Assembly (NCBI GenBank): GCA_014727915.1
Contig: WJMO01000006.1
Location: forward strand, 416,001-480,000
DNA length: 64,000 nucleotides
DNA from: Candidatus Altiarchaeales archaeon
Lineage (GTDB): Archaea; Altiarchaeota; Altiarchaeia; IMC4; SCGC-AAA252-I15
Direction of reading: 5' to 3'
Positions within the stretch are counted from its first letter, which is position 1. Every line of letters begins with the position of its first letter. This document shows positions 47,866 through 56,883 of this stretch, piece after piece. The translations under genes and the position numbers were made by a program. A model generated the notes under the pieces. It was not told the origin of the DNA and made no database searches. It worked only from the letters and a program-made list of their open reading frames with translations.

Positions 47866-48252
47866 ATGGGAGAGATGAGAGTAGTGGACGAGACGCGCGG
47901 GACAGTGATATCCGAGGAGGCGGAGCTTAGGAGCTCTTTCCTCGGGCGTTTCAGGGGTCTTATGCTGAGCGGGAGGAAGGATATCATACTGGAATGCCGG
48001 AGGGAGTCCATACTGGACTCGACCATACACATGATGTACATGCTATACCCCATAGACGTGGTATGGGTGAACGGTCAGATGGAGGTAGTGGACTTGGAAA
48101 AGGGCGTGAGGCCGTTCAACCCGTTGAAGCCCTGCACCTGGAGGCTGCACAAGCCGCGGTCTCCCGCAAGATACGTGATCGAGCTGGGAAAGGCCGGGTT
48201 AGAGGAGGACGTTAAGGTAGGGGACATGGTGTCATTTTCTGTTGATGAATAA
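47866..48252 (+). CDS. DUF192 family protein
   Basis: F.GRFRGLM, IHMMYMLYPIDVVW, ARYVIEL, VKVGD. Confidence 0.88.
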   Translation: MGEMRVVDETRGTVISEEAELRSSFLGRFRGLMLSGRKDIILECRRESILDSTIHMMYMLYPIDVVWVNGQMEVVDLEKGVRPFNPLKPCTWRLHKPRSPARYVIELGKAGLEEDVKVGDMVSFSVDE

Positions 48253-49056
48253 GCCTAGCATTATCAATGCCGTTCCGATGAAGAAGCGTAGGGTCATCTC
48301 CTCCCCTATGAACAAGCTGAAGAGGATTGCCAAGGGTATCGTGAAGAAGGATATGACACTCCCCCGGGTGGGTTGGACGTACCGGTAGCCGTATGTTAGA
48401 TTGAGCTGGCCGAGGAAGGTTAGGACCGCGACAGAAGATAGCAATAGGACCCCGGATAATTCCAGGTTGGCGGACTCCCCGATGGAAGGAGAGCAAGCTA
48501 GCAATCCTAGGAGGCAGGGAGCCAAGTATACGATGACGGGGTTGTTTCGCTCCCTCGACTTCCTTATGTAGTGCACCGCAAACCCTGAAAGAGCGCCCGA
48601 GGCCAGCCCAAGAAAGTTCCCGAACAGCGGGTAGTATGTTCCGTCATAGAAGACTGTCAAAACCCCTATGACGCAGAGCAGTATGCTGAAAACATTACGC
48701 CGGGTTATCGCCTCCTTGAAGAATAGGAATCCATAGAATGCGACGAATATGGGGTAGGTTAGGTTGAGTAGCGTGGCGCGGCCGCTGCTAGTGAACTGGA
48801 TGGCATGGTAGTAGGAGACCATGGCTGAGACTCCGAACACCGCCCTCAATGTGAGGTGCTTCAGATCATATGCTCTGAAGTCCCGGTGGAACGCCTTCAG
48901 TGCTAACATTGAGAGGACGGCCCCGAGTGAGAACCTGAAGAACGCTATGAACAGTCCAGAGAAGGACGAGGATGCTAGCTTTATCAACAATGCCGCCAGC
49001 GCAAAGAAAAGGCAGGAGGACAGGATCGAAACCTCCCCGCGGCGCACAGCATCCAT
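48232..49056 (-). CDS. DMT/EamA family transporter
   Basis: About 10 TM in two repeats; FFRF, ATLL..TYPIF....FLFFKE. Confidence 0.88.
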   Translation of the reverse strand: MDAVRRGEVSILSSCLFFALAALLIKLASSSFSGLFIAFFRFSLGAVLSMLALKAFHRDFRAYDLKHLTLRAVFGVSAMVSYYHAIQFTSSGRATLLNLTYPIFVAFYGFLFFKEAITRRNVFSILLCVIGVLTVFYDGTYYPLFGNFLGLASGALSGFAVHYIRKSRERNNPVIVYLAPCLLGLLACSPSIGESANLELSGVLLLSSVAVLTFLGQLNLTYGYRYVQPTRGSVISFFTIPLAILFSLFIGEEMTLRFFIGTALIMLGLFINRK

Positions 49057-49092
49057 TTTAAAATATTGTGACAAATAGCCGATTATATTAAA

Positions 49093-49899
49093 TTATTTCA
49101 ACTTTATCCTTTTCTTTAGTAGGTAGCCCGTGCAGAAACCGACCGCCAGCACGGAGGCTATCAGGACAACGACCTCAACGGTCGGGAAGGGAATCGACTG
49201 CACGCCAGCAGAGTCTGGTTGATGATACAACATGGGAGCGAGTGTTGTAGACACCGACTCTGAAACACGATCCACAATAGTGGATGCCACAGTGGTAGTG
49301 GTTTCTGTGATACTGTCCAACGCATTAGAGGCGGTCCCAGCTGCCTCCTGGACAGAGTCAAACGTGGCATTGACCGAATCATCCGGCAGATTGGATGGTG
49401 CGGAGTATTTCATCATGCGCGACCCTTCACCAGCGCCCTCCAACAGAGGCGACACCGTCTCGTTATAGACGACAGTCTTCGCGGCTTGTATCATTCCAGG
49501 CCCGCCCATCGCCATCTCATCAGCTGGTGCTGGCACAGACTTCAACATGTTCCCATAGGTTAACTTCGTGAAGATGGACATCGCGCTGCCGGCCAATGCC
49601 AGCAAGGAGGTCCCGAGGAGTATCCACACCTTTGTCTCGTTTGGGCTGACTATCCCCTTTCCCTTGGGGGTTAGATGATAGTACTTCCACTTGGTCCCCC
49701 TGTCCTCGGCCTCTATCAGTCCTGCCTCCACCAGACGGTCGAGGTGCTCCTTTATTGTCGAAGGCCGCATGCCCATCTGCTCGGCTATGTCCGAAAGGGT
49801 GAGCTTATGAAGCGAAAGCTTCTTAAGTATCTCTATGCGTGTGTCCGCAGCCAACACCTTGAACGTCTCCCGGTCCAAGGTTATCTTGTCACTCATCAT
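49093..49899 (-). CDS. Membrane-anchored ArsR-family HTH regulator
   Basis: FKVLAADTRIEILKKL, LSDIAE, TIKEHLDRLVEAGLI, KWKYYHLT; then TM, S/T-rich linker, second TM and basic tail. Confidence 0.85.
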   Translation of the reverse strand: MMSDKITLDRETFKVLAADTRIEILKKLSLHKLTLSDIAEQMGMRPSTIKEHLDRLVEAGLIEAEDRGTKWKYYHLTPKGKGIVSPNETKVWILLGTSLLALAGSAMSIFTKLTYGNMLKSVPAPADEMAMGGPGMIQAAKTVVYNETVSPLLEGAGEGSRMMKYSAPSNLPDDSVNATFDSVQEAAGTASNALDSITETTTTVASTIVDRVSESVSTTLAPMLYHQPDSAGVQSIPFPTVEVVVLIASVLAVGFCTGYLLKKRIKLK

Positions 49900-52540
49900 G
49901 CATCCACTCCGGCTTAACTGGCGGGTTGTCCTGGAGCATCTGACGCCATTTCTCGTCCGTCAGCCTGTCAGCCATGGGGTGCTTGAACTCGTAGTATGTG
50001 AAGACCGGGCCTGCACCGAGTATTACGCGGCCGTCCGGGACCTTGTAGGCGACAATCACCAAGTCCACGTAGCCGACACCCTCCTCCAACACCATCATGG
50101 AATTGGTGTCTGTGTGCACGTCCGCCACTAGGGTGGTCTTCTTGGCCTTGTCGTCGACCTCGGAGATGACGGCGTTCAATTCATCCCCGAAGTCCTTGAT
50201 GAACTCGTAATCCTCGTCTGAGAGCTCCCTATTCTCCAACTCCCTATCTGAGATATCTACAAGCCTTGAAAGTATCGTATCTAGTTTGGTGAGCCGCCTC
50301 TTGGAGGCTTCGCCCAACACTCCCATCTCGTCCAAGCCGGAGTTGGTCATCCTCGTCAGCGAAAGGAGGCGGGCGTAGAATTCGGGCACGGGTTCTACGT
50401 AGCCGACGACCGGCTTCTCCTCCGGTTCGACTGGCATCCCGGTCAATTTCATGGTGTAACTCTGCTTCGCATACAGTATTGTGTCGTGGCGGAGTTCCGT
50501 CCAGGAGGCCAATGCTGTGTTCAACTCCTTCTCCTCCCATTCGTCAGATTGCATGAACGTCGGATATCCGCTCCCATACTCTTTGAGCAACGGCTTAAGC
50601 GAATACAGCCAGCTCCAGTACAGGTTCCTGTTCCAGTCCTCCTCGGTGAAGCTGTTGAACTCGGCGGAGAGGTTCTGGTATGATTCGTCGTAGCGGGTGT
50701 ACATGGTGTCGTTAAGCTCGTCCAACAGCTCAGCCGCCCTCGCGGAGCCCAGCAATGCCATGACGTCCAAGCCCCGGGGGAACACCCGCGTGGAACCTCC
50801 GTCAGTGAATCCGTATGTGAAGGGAGTGGGTGCTCCGCCGGTGTAGAACCCGGCTCTACCAGCGCCTACAAGGTTCTGGAACATGTAGCTGTCGGGTATG
50901 AAACGCTGGCCCATCAGCCGGAATCCCTTAGTCGACTCGAGGCATTCTAGCACATCCTCCCTAGAACCCGGCGATACCTCGCACAAGCCCGTGCCGCCAT
51001 ATATTTTGGGGCTTGGGTAACCTGCCAGCTCCTCCCTGAGGCTCCATAGGAGGTCTTCGTCGAAGTCGGAGGGTCTGAACACGCCGCCAAAGCAGAGTTT
51101 GACCGTTTCCTTCACGTCACCCTGGAAGATGTCGACCTCACGGCACTCCTGGCCCGACAGGCATTCAAAGTCTGCCCTGCATCTCCTGTGGCATCGCAGG
51201 TCGCCGGTCTGAGGCCCGCAGTCCACACCCTCTGGTGTGGGGCTGCACTGCCGTGAGCTATAGCACATCTCATCATCGGAGCAGTTGGACTTGCAGTAGT
51301 CATAGCCTCCGGCGACAGCATCCAACGCTCCCATGTACTCGTAGGGGCCGAGGTCGTCGCTGAAGCCAACATAGAAGGCTGTCACCCCGTAGATGCGGTC
51401 CCACAAGGCCCTGGTCTCATCGTCTCTTTTCATCTGGTCGGCGAGCAACGAGGCCTGAAGGGTCTGTATCCTCGAGTCCTCCTCGGAGATGATGTCACTC
51501 TCCCGCAACAGGAAGCTCATCCTACCGTACCACATCAACGCCTTGAAGTAGTTCCTCAGCTTCTCGCTCCGAGTGTAGTGGCCGCGCGGCAGGTACTGGC
51601 TATAGTCCTCCTTGTATTTGAATACCTGGGACCTGGCGAATCCTGCGTGGGCTTCTATCAAAGAAAGCTCTGCCTCAACATCATCGGAAACGTAATCTGG
51701 CGGGTTGAACATGTGGCTCATGCGTTCGTCCTCTGTGAACTTCCCCCCCGAGTAGATACACTCGTGGTCTTTCCTAACGCAGTACTGGCCGTTCCTTGGC
51801 TTGAGCAGCTCCAACCCAACGGACAGGAAGGCAACGTTCCTCCGGTAGGCTTCCTTCAGCTCCCCAGTAGAGGAGCCGTAACCCACTATGTTCTCGGTCA
51901 GAAGGTCCATGGAGACGTTCCATATGCTGTCGTAGAACTCGCGCTCCTCGATTATCCGGAGGGTCTCGTCGAATTGTATGTGGTACATGTGCAGGAGGGA
52001 ATCAGCGGTTATGAACACGGGAATCTCATCGTCCTTAAGCCGGTCGTATACGTTGGTAATGTCCTCCTCCGCAGGGTTGAATGGATTCTCCACGGTCGCG
52101 AAACCGTATTCTAGCAGGTGTGCTTCAGAGTATGAGAGGCCCACCTTCGAGCTTACATCAGCATAGTTCGATATGGAGGATGCCTTCAACGGCAAGTCAT
52201 AGTCGGGAACCCGGGGGTTGACTTTTGCTTCGGTGGATGTGTAGTGCTTTAGGAACATCGACTCCATATTGGATTTGCCGGTCAAATCCTTAGATTCTGA
52301 ATCCAGGGGCATGTCAGGTATCGGGGGCAGTGTCTGCTCTGTCACCTCACATTCCCAGGCGCATTCTCCGGCAACACAGCTCCAACCACCGGTGCATTGT
52401 ATGTGGGGGCGGCCATCACAGTCGGATGGGGACCTACACATGGCGAACTCTGAGAGTGTCGTGGTGGTGACACCACCAGAAGGTGAGATACACCCGGATA
52501 ACAGTGCTAAAACTGCCAGTAACACGATTGAGGATTTCAT
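49889..52540 (-). CDS. DUF3160 domain lipoprotein with Cys-rich insertions
   Basis: LLSGC lipobox; PVFITADSLLH.YH..FD, EDYSQY.PRGHYTRS, YFKALMWYGR, GQRFIPDS, PRGLDVMA.LGS, ASWTELRHDTILYAKQ, GYVEP, RLTDEKWR. Confidence 0.88.
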   Translation of the reverse strand: MKSSIVLLAVLALLSGCISPSGGVTTTTLSEFAMCRSPSDCDGRPHIQCTGGWSCVAGECAWECEVTEQTLPPIPDMPLDSESKDLTGKSNMESMFLKHYTSTEAKVNPRVPDYDLPLKASSISNYADVSSKVGLSYSEAHLLEYGFATVENPFNPAEEDITNVYDRLKDDEIPVFITADSLLHMYHIQFDETLRIIEEREFYDSIWNVSMDLLTENIVGYGSSTGELKEAYRRNVAFLSVGLELLKPRNGQYCVRKDHECIYSGGKFTEDERMSHMFNPPDYVSDDVEAELSLIEAHAGFARSQVFKYKEDYSQYLPRGHYTRSEKLRNYFKALMWYGRMSFLLRESDIISEEDSRIQTLQASLLADQMKRDDETRALWDRIYGVTAFYVGFSDDLGPYEYMGALDAVAGGYDYCKSNCSDDEMCYSSRQCSPTPEGVDCGPQTGDLRCHRRCRADFECLSGQECREVDIFQGDVKETVKLCFGGVFRPSDFDEDLLWSLREELAGYPSPKIYGGTGLCEVSPGSREDVLECLESTKGFRLMGQRFIPDSYMFQNLVGAGRAGFYTGGAPTPFTYGFTDGGSTRVFPRGLDVMALLGSARAAELLDELNDTMYTRYDESYQNLSAEFNSFTEEDWNRNLYWSWLYSLKPLLKEYGSGYPTFMQSDEWEEKELNTALASWTELRHDTILYAKQSYTMKLTGMPVEPEEKPVVGYVEPVPEFYARLLSLTRMTNSGLDEMGVLGEASKRRLTKLDTILSRLVDISDRELENRELSDEDYEFIKDFGDELNAVISEVDDKAKKTTLVADVHTDTNSMMVLEEGVGYVDLVIVAYKVPDGRVILGAGPVFTYYEFKHPMADRLTDEKWRQMLQDNPPVKPEWMHDE

Positions 52541-52619
52541 TGTAAAGGATTAGCCAGAGCGCATATAAACCTGTTATCCTTTGTTTCGGCGATCGCCGAA
52601 AAAAGGTTTTCCAGGGTTT

Positions 52620-53216
52620 TCAGATGGTTTTTAGGAATGTTTGGACGCCGGCGAGCGTCATCTGGACTGCTATGGTGGCTACTATAAGACCTGTGATGCG
52701 TATGAGAGCGCCCATCATGTTATGGTTCACAAGGAAAGATCCTATTATCCTCGAGCATAGCATTACTGATAGGTTAATCAGAACTGCCAGGGACATTGCA
52801 GCGGCCGTCAATGCGAAGCCGTACTCTGGGGAGAATGATATCACAGCCGTTATGGTGGCGGGGCCGGCTATCATGGGCGAGGCCAAGGGCACTATGGACA
52901 GTTCTTCAAGGGACTCCTGCTCGCCGACCTCGAAGAAAACCCCCTTTGTCAAGGCCTGGAATCCGAAGTAGAACAGGACCAGGCCCCCGGCAATCTTCAG
53001 GCTGTAGATGTCAACGTGGAATACGTTGTGGAGTATCAGGTTCCCCACCGCCGCTGATGCCAGGAGCATTGCCATGGCGATCAACGTTGACTTTATCGCG
53101 ATCAAACGTATGTCTCTGTAGTGGTTGTCCTTGAGCAGGACGGAGAAGATGAAGACTTTGCTTATGGGGTTTATCAGTGCGAGGATATACAGGGTTAGGT
53201 CGAATAGTCCGCTGAT
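52620..53216 (-). CDS. MarC family integral membrane protein; putative ATC start
   Basis: Frame is open upstream of the track's TTG and includes MarC-type LALINPIS; IAGGLVLF, IVPLASPMIAGPATI, RITGLI; GGTGA Shine-Dalgarno 4 nt before ATC at 53216. Confidence 0.8.
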   Translation of the reverse strand: MSGLFDLTLYILALINPISKVFIFSVLLKDNHYRDIRLIAIKSTLIAMAMLLASAAVGNLILHNVFHVDIYSLKIAGGLVLFYFGFQALTKGVFFEVGEQESLEELSIVPLASPMIAGPATITAVISFSPEYGFALTAAAMSLAVLINLSVMLCSRIIGSFLVNHNMMGALIRITGLIVATIAVQMTLAGVQTFLKTI

Positions 53217-53234
53217 GGTATCACCTTGGGTTCG

Positions 53235-53285
53235 ACCCTACTGGGGATCCGGCGAGCCAAATGGACCCGCCGGACCCAGTGGGGT
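53235..53285. other. Long imperfect hairpin upstream of marC
   Basis: ACCCTACTGGG-GA-TCCGGCGAGCC-AAAT-GGACCCGCCGGA-CCCAGTGGGGT; about 20 bp stem. Confidence 0.6.
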
Positions 53286-53342
53286 GCGATAACAGGCTTA
53301 AGTAATACATACGCAGACTCCATTAAAAAGCATGAAGGTGGT

Positions 53343-53699
53343 TTAGGGACGGTTTTGTATCAGCTTCCTCTTTCTCGCCTCGTTCAACAGCATCTCGTCA
53401 TCTGCCGATTCCAGGGTATTGCCTTCCAGTTCGACTATTACCCTGCCGAGCTCCCTTTGGGCTTCCGACTTGGATTTTATCTCCTGGAGGATTATGTGCC
53501 GGTAGAAGCGGTCCTTGTCTGATTGTACTGTGAGGTCGCCGCAGAATACCATGCTGTCAGCGGATTCATTCTGTGCTGCGAGTTTTTGGACCCTCTTTTG
53601 CTCGCGATTCGAGAGGGCGGGCATGATGTCCCATAGGTATGTGTCGTCGCATGCGAGGACTCCCGCCTCGCCTTTGAACACGCGTACTCTCCGGCGCAT
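53343..53699 (-). CDS. Hypothetical protein
   Basis: 118-aa ATG-started ORF; no motif recognised; basic C-terminus. Confidence 0.55.
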   Translation of the reverse strand: MRRRVRVFKGEAGVLACDDTYLWDIMPALSNREQKRVQKLAAQNESADSMVFCGDLTVQSDKDRFYRHIILQEIKSKSEAQRELGRVIVELEGNTLESADDEMLLNEARKRKLIQNRP

Positions 53700-53756
53700 C
53701 TTCTAGAGGTTATATGTGATTGTGTTTTTTTAGATTTGAATCCTCAAATTGATACC

Positions 53757-54503
53757 ATGAGGGCGGCTTATGTTATGCTGGCGACTATGCTGTTGTGCGG
53801 GTGCACTTCCGACGACATCGGGACTGCCACGACAACCTCCACTCCGGAGACTGTGCAGACTACGCCGACAGCCCATGAGATGCCGCTTGAGTACCTTACA
53901 GTTGACATTAGCGCTTTCGAAGGCTATGGTTGCGTGGACCGGGGGAGCTATGTGGATTGTTTTGCTGTCGGCTTCGAAGACGACTTTGACGTCTCAGAGT
54001 TCACTCGCGCCTCCGACTATCTCGGAGGATTAAGCCCAGGATATCAGATGCTAGAAGCCCATGTCCAAAACCCGGGTATTGGCAGGGATGAGGCGCTCCA
54101 TTGGATGGGATGTAGGATGCCGACTGCGGTGAAGTACCTTGTCAAGTTGGAGGACAGGTTGGAGCTGGTGGACGATCGGGAGGAGTTCAGGTCCTTGTTC
54201 GCTCCCGTGGGGAGCAGGGGTGAAGCCCTGGGTTTTGCAATAGCGCACAGCGGAGGGGAGCCGATGTTCGAAGTGGGTCTGCCGGAGGGGTATGTGAAGG
54301 TCATGGAGGAAATACCGCCGACTAATGTCGAAGAAGCTGGGGGGCTATACAAGGTCAGGCTGTACAAGAAGCAGGTGTGCGGCTGCGGACCACATCCATA
54401 CTTTATGGTAGAGTATCTTGTGAGAAGGAACGGGGAGGTCAGCGAGTTCAACCGAAAGGAAGCGTACAGGAACCCTGAAGAGGACGGCCTGTGCGTTGAC
54501 TGA
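53757..54503 (+). CDS. Putative lipoprotein with Cys-containing globular domain
   Basis: MRAAYVMLATMLLCGC lipobox (ATG 53757), Thr-rich linker, FAPV.S..EALGFA, CGCGPHP. Confidence 0.72.
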   Translation: MRAAYVMLATMLLCGCTSDDIGTATTTSTPETVQTTPTAHEMPLEYLTVDISAFEGYGCVDRGSYVDCFAVGFEDDFDVSEFTRASDYLGGLSPGYQMLEAHVQNPGIGRDEALHWMGCRMPTAVKYLVKLEDRLELVDDREEFRSLFAPVGSRGEALGFAIAHSGGEPMFEVGLPEGYVKVMEEIPPTNVEEAGGLYKVRLYKKQVCGCGPHPYFMVEYLVRRNGEVSEFNRKEAYRNPEEDGLCVD

Positions 54504-54515
54504 CTGTTAGGACTG

Positions 54516-55457
54516 TTAGATGTGTATCCAGAACCTGCGATAGTGGCCTGCGAGTTCTTCTGGGGTCCTGGCAACCAGGATCTTGCGTTCGGGGAAGGCC
54601 TTTGCTAGCATCTGCTGGAACCTGTTCATGTCTGCTCCAAGCTTTTCCTCATCTATTTTGAAGGGTTCATCGTATGATCCGGGGTCGAATGCGAGAGGGT
54701 GGGCGACTATAGTGGCTGCTATCTCCGAGTTGCGCACTTTCTTGGTGATTTTGAGTAGGCCGATCTCGGGTCCGGCCTCGCCCCTGGCCCTCCAGTCGGC
54801 TGCGATCGAATATATCTGCTCCAATGGCATGTCCGCGTGTACAGGGGAACCGCGGGTGAGGAACTCAGTCTCCGTTGCTGGCCGGATGACGTGAACAAAA
54901 GACGCTTCCAATTCATGTTTTAGCCTGGGCAGCCCATCATCGCTCACCTCGCCCAATGCCATGTCCCTTATCATCAGGGGACCTCCCAGTTTAACTGTGT
55001 TCCCATAACCTAGTAGCATTTCCTTCAAGGCCTCGTCAGCTATGAAACGCTGGCCTGAAGCCTGTATTCCCCCGGATTGTATCTGGTGGATTATGGCGTC
55101 CTTCTGGCAGTGATGGAGTACGCAGGCGGTCTCGGGTGTTATGACCCCATGGCGGTTCTCCAGGAATACGATCGAGCGTAGTCTGCCGTCAACTCCGAAG
55201 TATGCGTTAGAGTTGTCCCCAAGCGGATGTGGGGGTATGCCGAGCGTGACAGCCTGCGCAGAGTATGCTTGATAGTCAGCGATTTCAGCCACTCCCAGCT
55301 CTGCTTTTGCAACCTCCAGGCTGGGATAGGATTTTACGGGCGGTTCGGAGAAGATGCCGGGATGGCCGCCAGCAGTCTTTGAAGCTTCGAGTATCTCGGG
55401 TGGTATGTTAGGGTTGTTGGAGGCTATGAAGACGCAGTGTTTCCGGGCTTCTTCCAT
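54516..55457 (-). CDS. Hypothetical protein, probably co-transcribed with srp54
   Basis: 313-aa ORF starting 2 nt after the srp54 stop; no confident motif. Confidence 0.65.
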   Translation of the reverse strand: MEEARKHCVFIASNNPNIPPEILEASKTAGGHPGIFSEPPVKSYPSLEVAKAELGVAEIADYQAYSAQAVTLGIPPHPLGDNSNAYFGVDGRLRSIVFLENRHGVITPETACVLHHCQKDAIIHQIQSGGIQASGQRFIADEALKEMLLGYGNTVKLGGPLMIRDMALGEVSDDGLPRLKHELEASFVHVIRPATETEFLTRGSPVHADMPLEQIYSIAADWRARGEAGPEIGLLKITKKVRNSEIAATIVAHPLAFDPGSYDEPFKIDEEKLGADMNRFQQMLAKAFPERKILVARTPEELAGHYRRFWIHI

Positions 55458-55458
55458 C

Positions 55459-56766
55459 TTACATCCCCATCTGTTTCATGAGTTGTTTCATCTTGCGGCC
55501 GCCACCGCTTCCTTTCATCATCTTCTTCATGCGCTTGTAGTATGTGAGTAGTTCGCGGACTTCTGACGGGTCTGTGCCGGAGCCTGCTGCAATCCGTTCT
55601 ATGCGGTCTTTTTTGATTATTGAGGGGTCTTCTTTCTCGGCCCAGGTCATGGAGTCCATTATGTACTTGAACTTTTTTATCTTCTCTTCCTGCATTCCCA
55701 CGAGCTCTTTGGGTATCTTAGCGCCGAATGGTAGCATCTCCATTATCTTGTCCATGCTTCCCATGCCCTGCATCTGCTCTATCTGCTGGTAGACGTCCGT
55801 GAGGGTGAACTTTCCGGATAGCATCCTCTTAGCGGATTCCTCGTCCAGGTCGACTTCCTTTGCTTTCTCGAGTAGCCCTTCCATGTCGCCGAATCCCAGG
55901 AGTTTGCTAACGAACCGTTTGGGGTCAAATACTTCCAGGTCCTCTATGTGCTCTCCGACTCCGATGAAGTATACGGGGCTGCTTGTTTCGGCGCATGCCG
56001 CCAGCGAACCTCCGCCTTTGGCGCTGCCGTCCAGTTTGGATATGATGACCCCGTCTATATTGCAGGATTCGTTGAAGGCCTTGGCCTGCTCGCCAGCCGA
56101 CTGCCCTATGGTGCCGTCCAACACGAGGAAGGTCCGGTCGGGTTCTATCTCCCTGTGTATCCTGTTGATCTGGGACATTAGGTCCTTGTCGAGCTTGTGG
56201 CGGCCTTCGCTGTCGACTATTATGAGGCCCTGGTTCTTGAACTCCCTCAGCCCTGACTGTATTATCTTCAGCGTGTCCTTCTCTTTGTTGTCGCCGTAGA
56301 AGGGGGTTTGGGATTCTTCGGCTAGTTGTTTGAGCTGGTCGTAGGCTGCGGGGCGGAAGGTGTCTGCGCATATGAGCTTCGAGTTCAACCCCTTCTTCTT
56401 GTAGTGTTTGGCGAGCTTGGCCGCGGTGGTGGTCTTTCCGCTTCCCTGGACCCCGACCAACATCACCTTCATGCCGTCTGAGAGCTCGACCTCCCCTCCA
56501 GTGCCGAGTAGGTTGGTGAGCTCGTCGTAGGTTATCTTTATGAGGTTCTCCTTGCGGGTCAGCGTGCCGGGGGGCTTCTCGAGCAGCCCCCGGTCCTCGA
56601 TCTTCTTGGAAAGTTCTAGGACCAGTTTGACGTTTACGTCCGCAGATATGAGGGCCTTCTGTATGTCCTTGAGGTAGGCTTTGATGGTCTTCTTGTCCAC
56701 CACCACCGCCTTCTTCAGGTTGTTGATCGCCCCCTGAAGTCCGTCCCGTAGCTTGTCAAAGGCCAT
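55459..56766 (-). CDS. srp54: Signal recognition particle protein SRP54
   Basis: ALISADVNV, GVQGSGKTT, DTFRPAA, KLDGSAKGGG, FIGVGE, Met-rich M domain with IMDSMT..E and RIAAGSG. Confidence 0.96.
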   Translation of the reverse strand: MAFDKLRDGLQGAINNLKKAVVVDKKTIKAYLKDIQKALISADVNVKLVLELSKKIEDRGLLEKPPGTLTRKENLIKITYDELTNLLGTGGEVELSDGMKVMLVGVQGSGKTTTAAKLAKHYKKKGLNSKLICADTFRPAAYDQLKQLAEESQTPFYGDNKEKDTLKIIQSGLREFKNQGLIIVDSEGRHKLDKDLMSQINRIHREIEPDRTFLVLDGTIGQSAGEQAKAFNESCNIDGVIISKLDGSAKGGGSLAACAETSSPVYFIGVGEHIEDLEVFDPKRFVSKLLGFGDMEGLLEKAKEVDLDEESAKRMLSGKFTLTDVYQQIEQMQGMGSMDKIMEMLPFGAKIPKELVGMQEEKIKKFKYIMDSMTWAEKEDPSIIKKDRIERIAAGSGTDPSEVRELLTYYKRMKKMMKGSGGGRKMKQLMKQMGM

Positions 56767-56883
56767 GTTGTAGGTTTTAGATTAAGAAGAAGGGGTAAAT
56801 AAGGACGGGGATGAGGTGGTTGAACGGCCCTTTTATTCATTGCAGGGATGTTTAATTTTAGGGCAGTCTAATATGTTGGATGT

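Noticed and set aside
47839-48030. N-terminal extension on AroD
   Set aside because: It overlaps the divergent DUF192 gene; family similarity starts at ATG 47838.
53228-53285. tRNA fragment or SRP RNA (GGGTTCGACCC resembles a T loop; srp54 is nearby)
   Set aside because: No cloverleaf and no SRP helix-8 motif; kept only as an unexplained hairpin.
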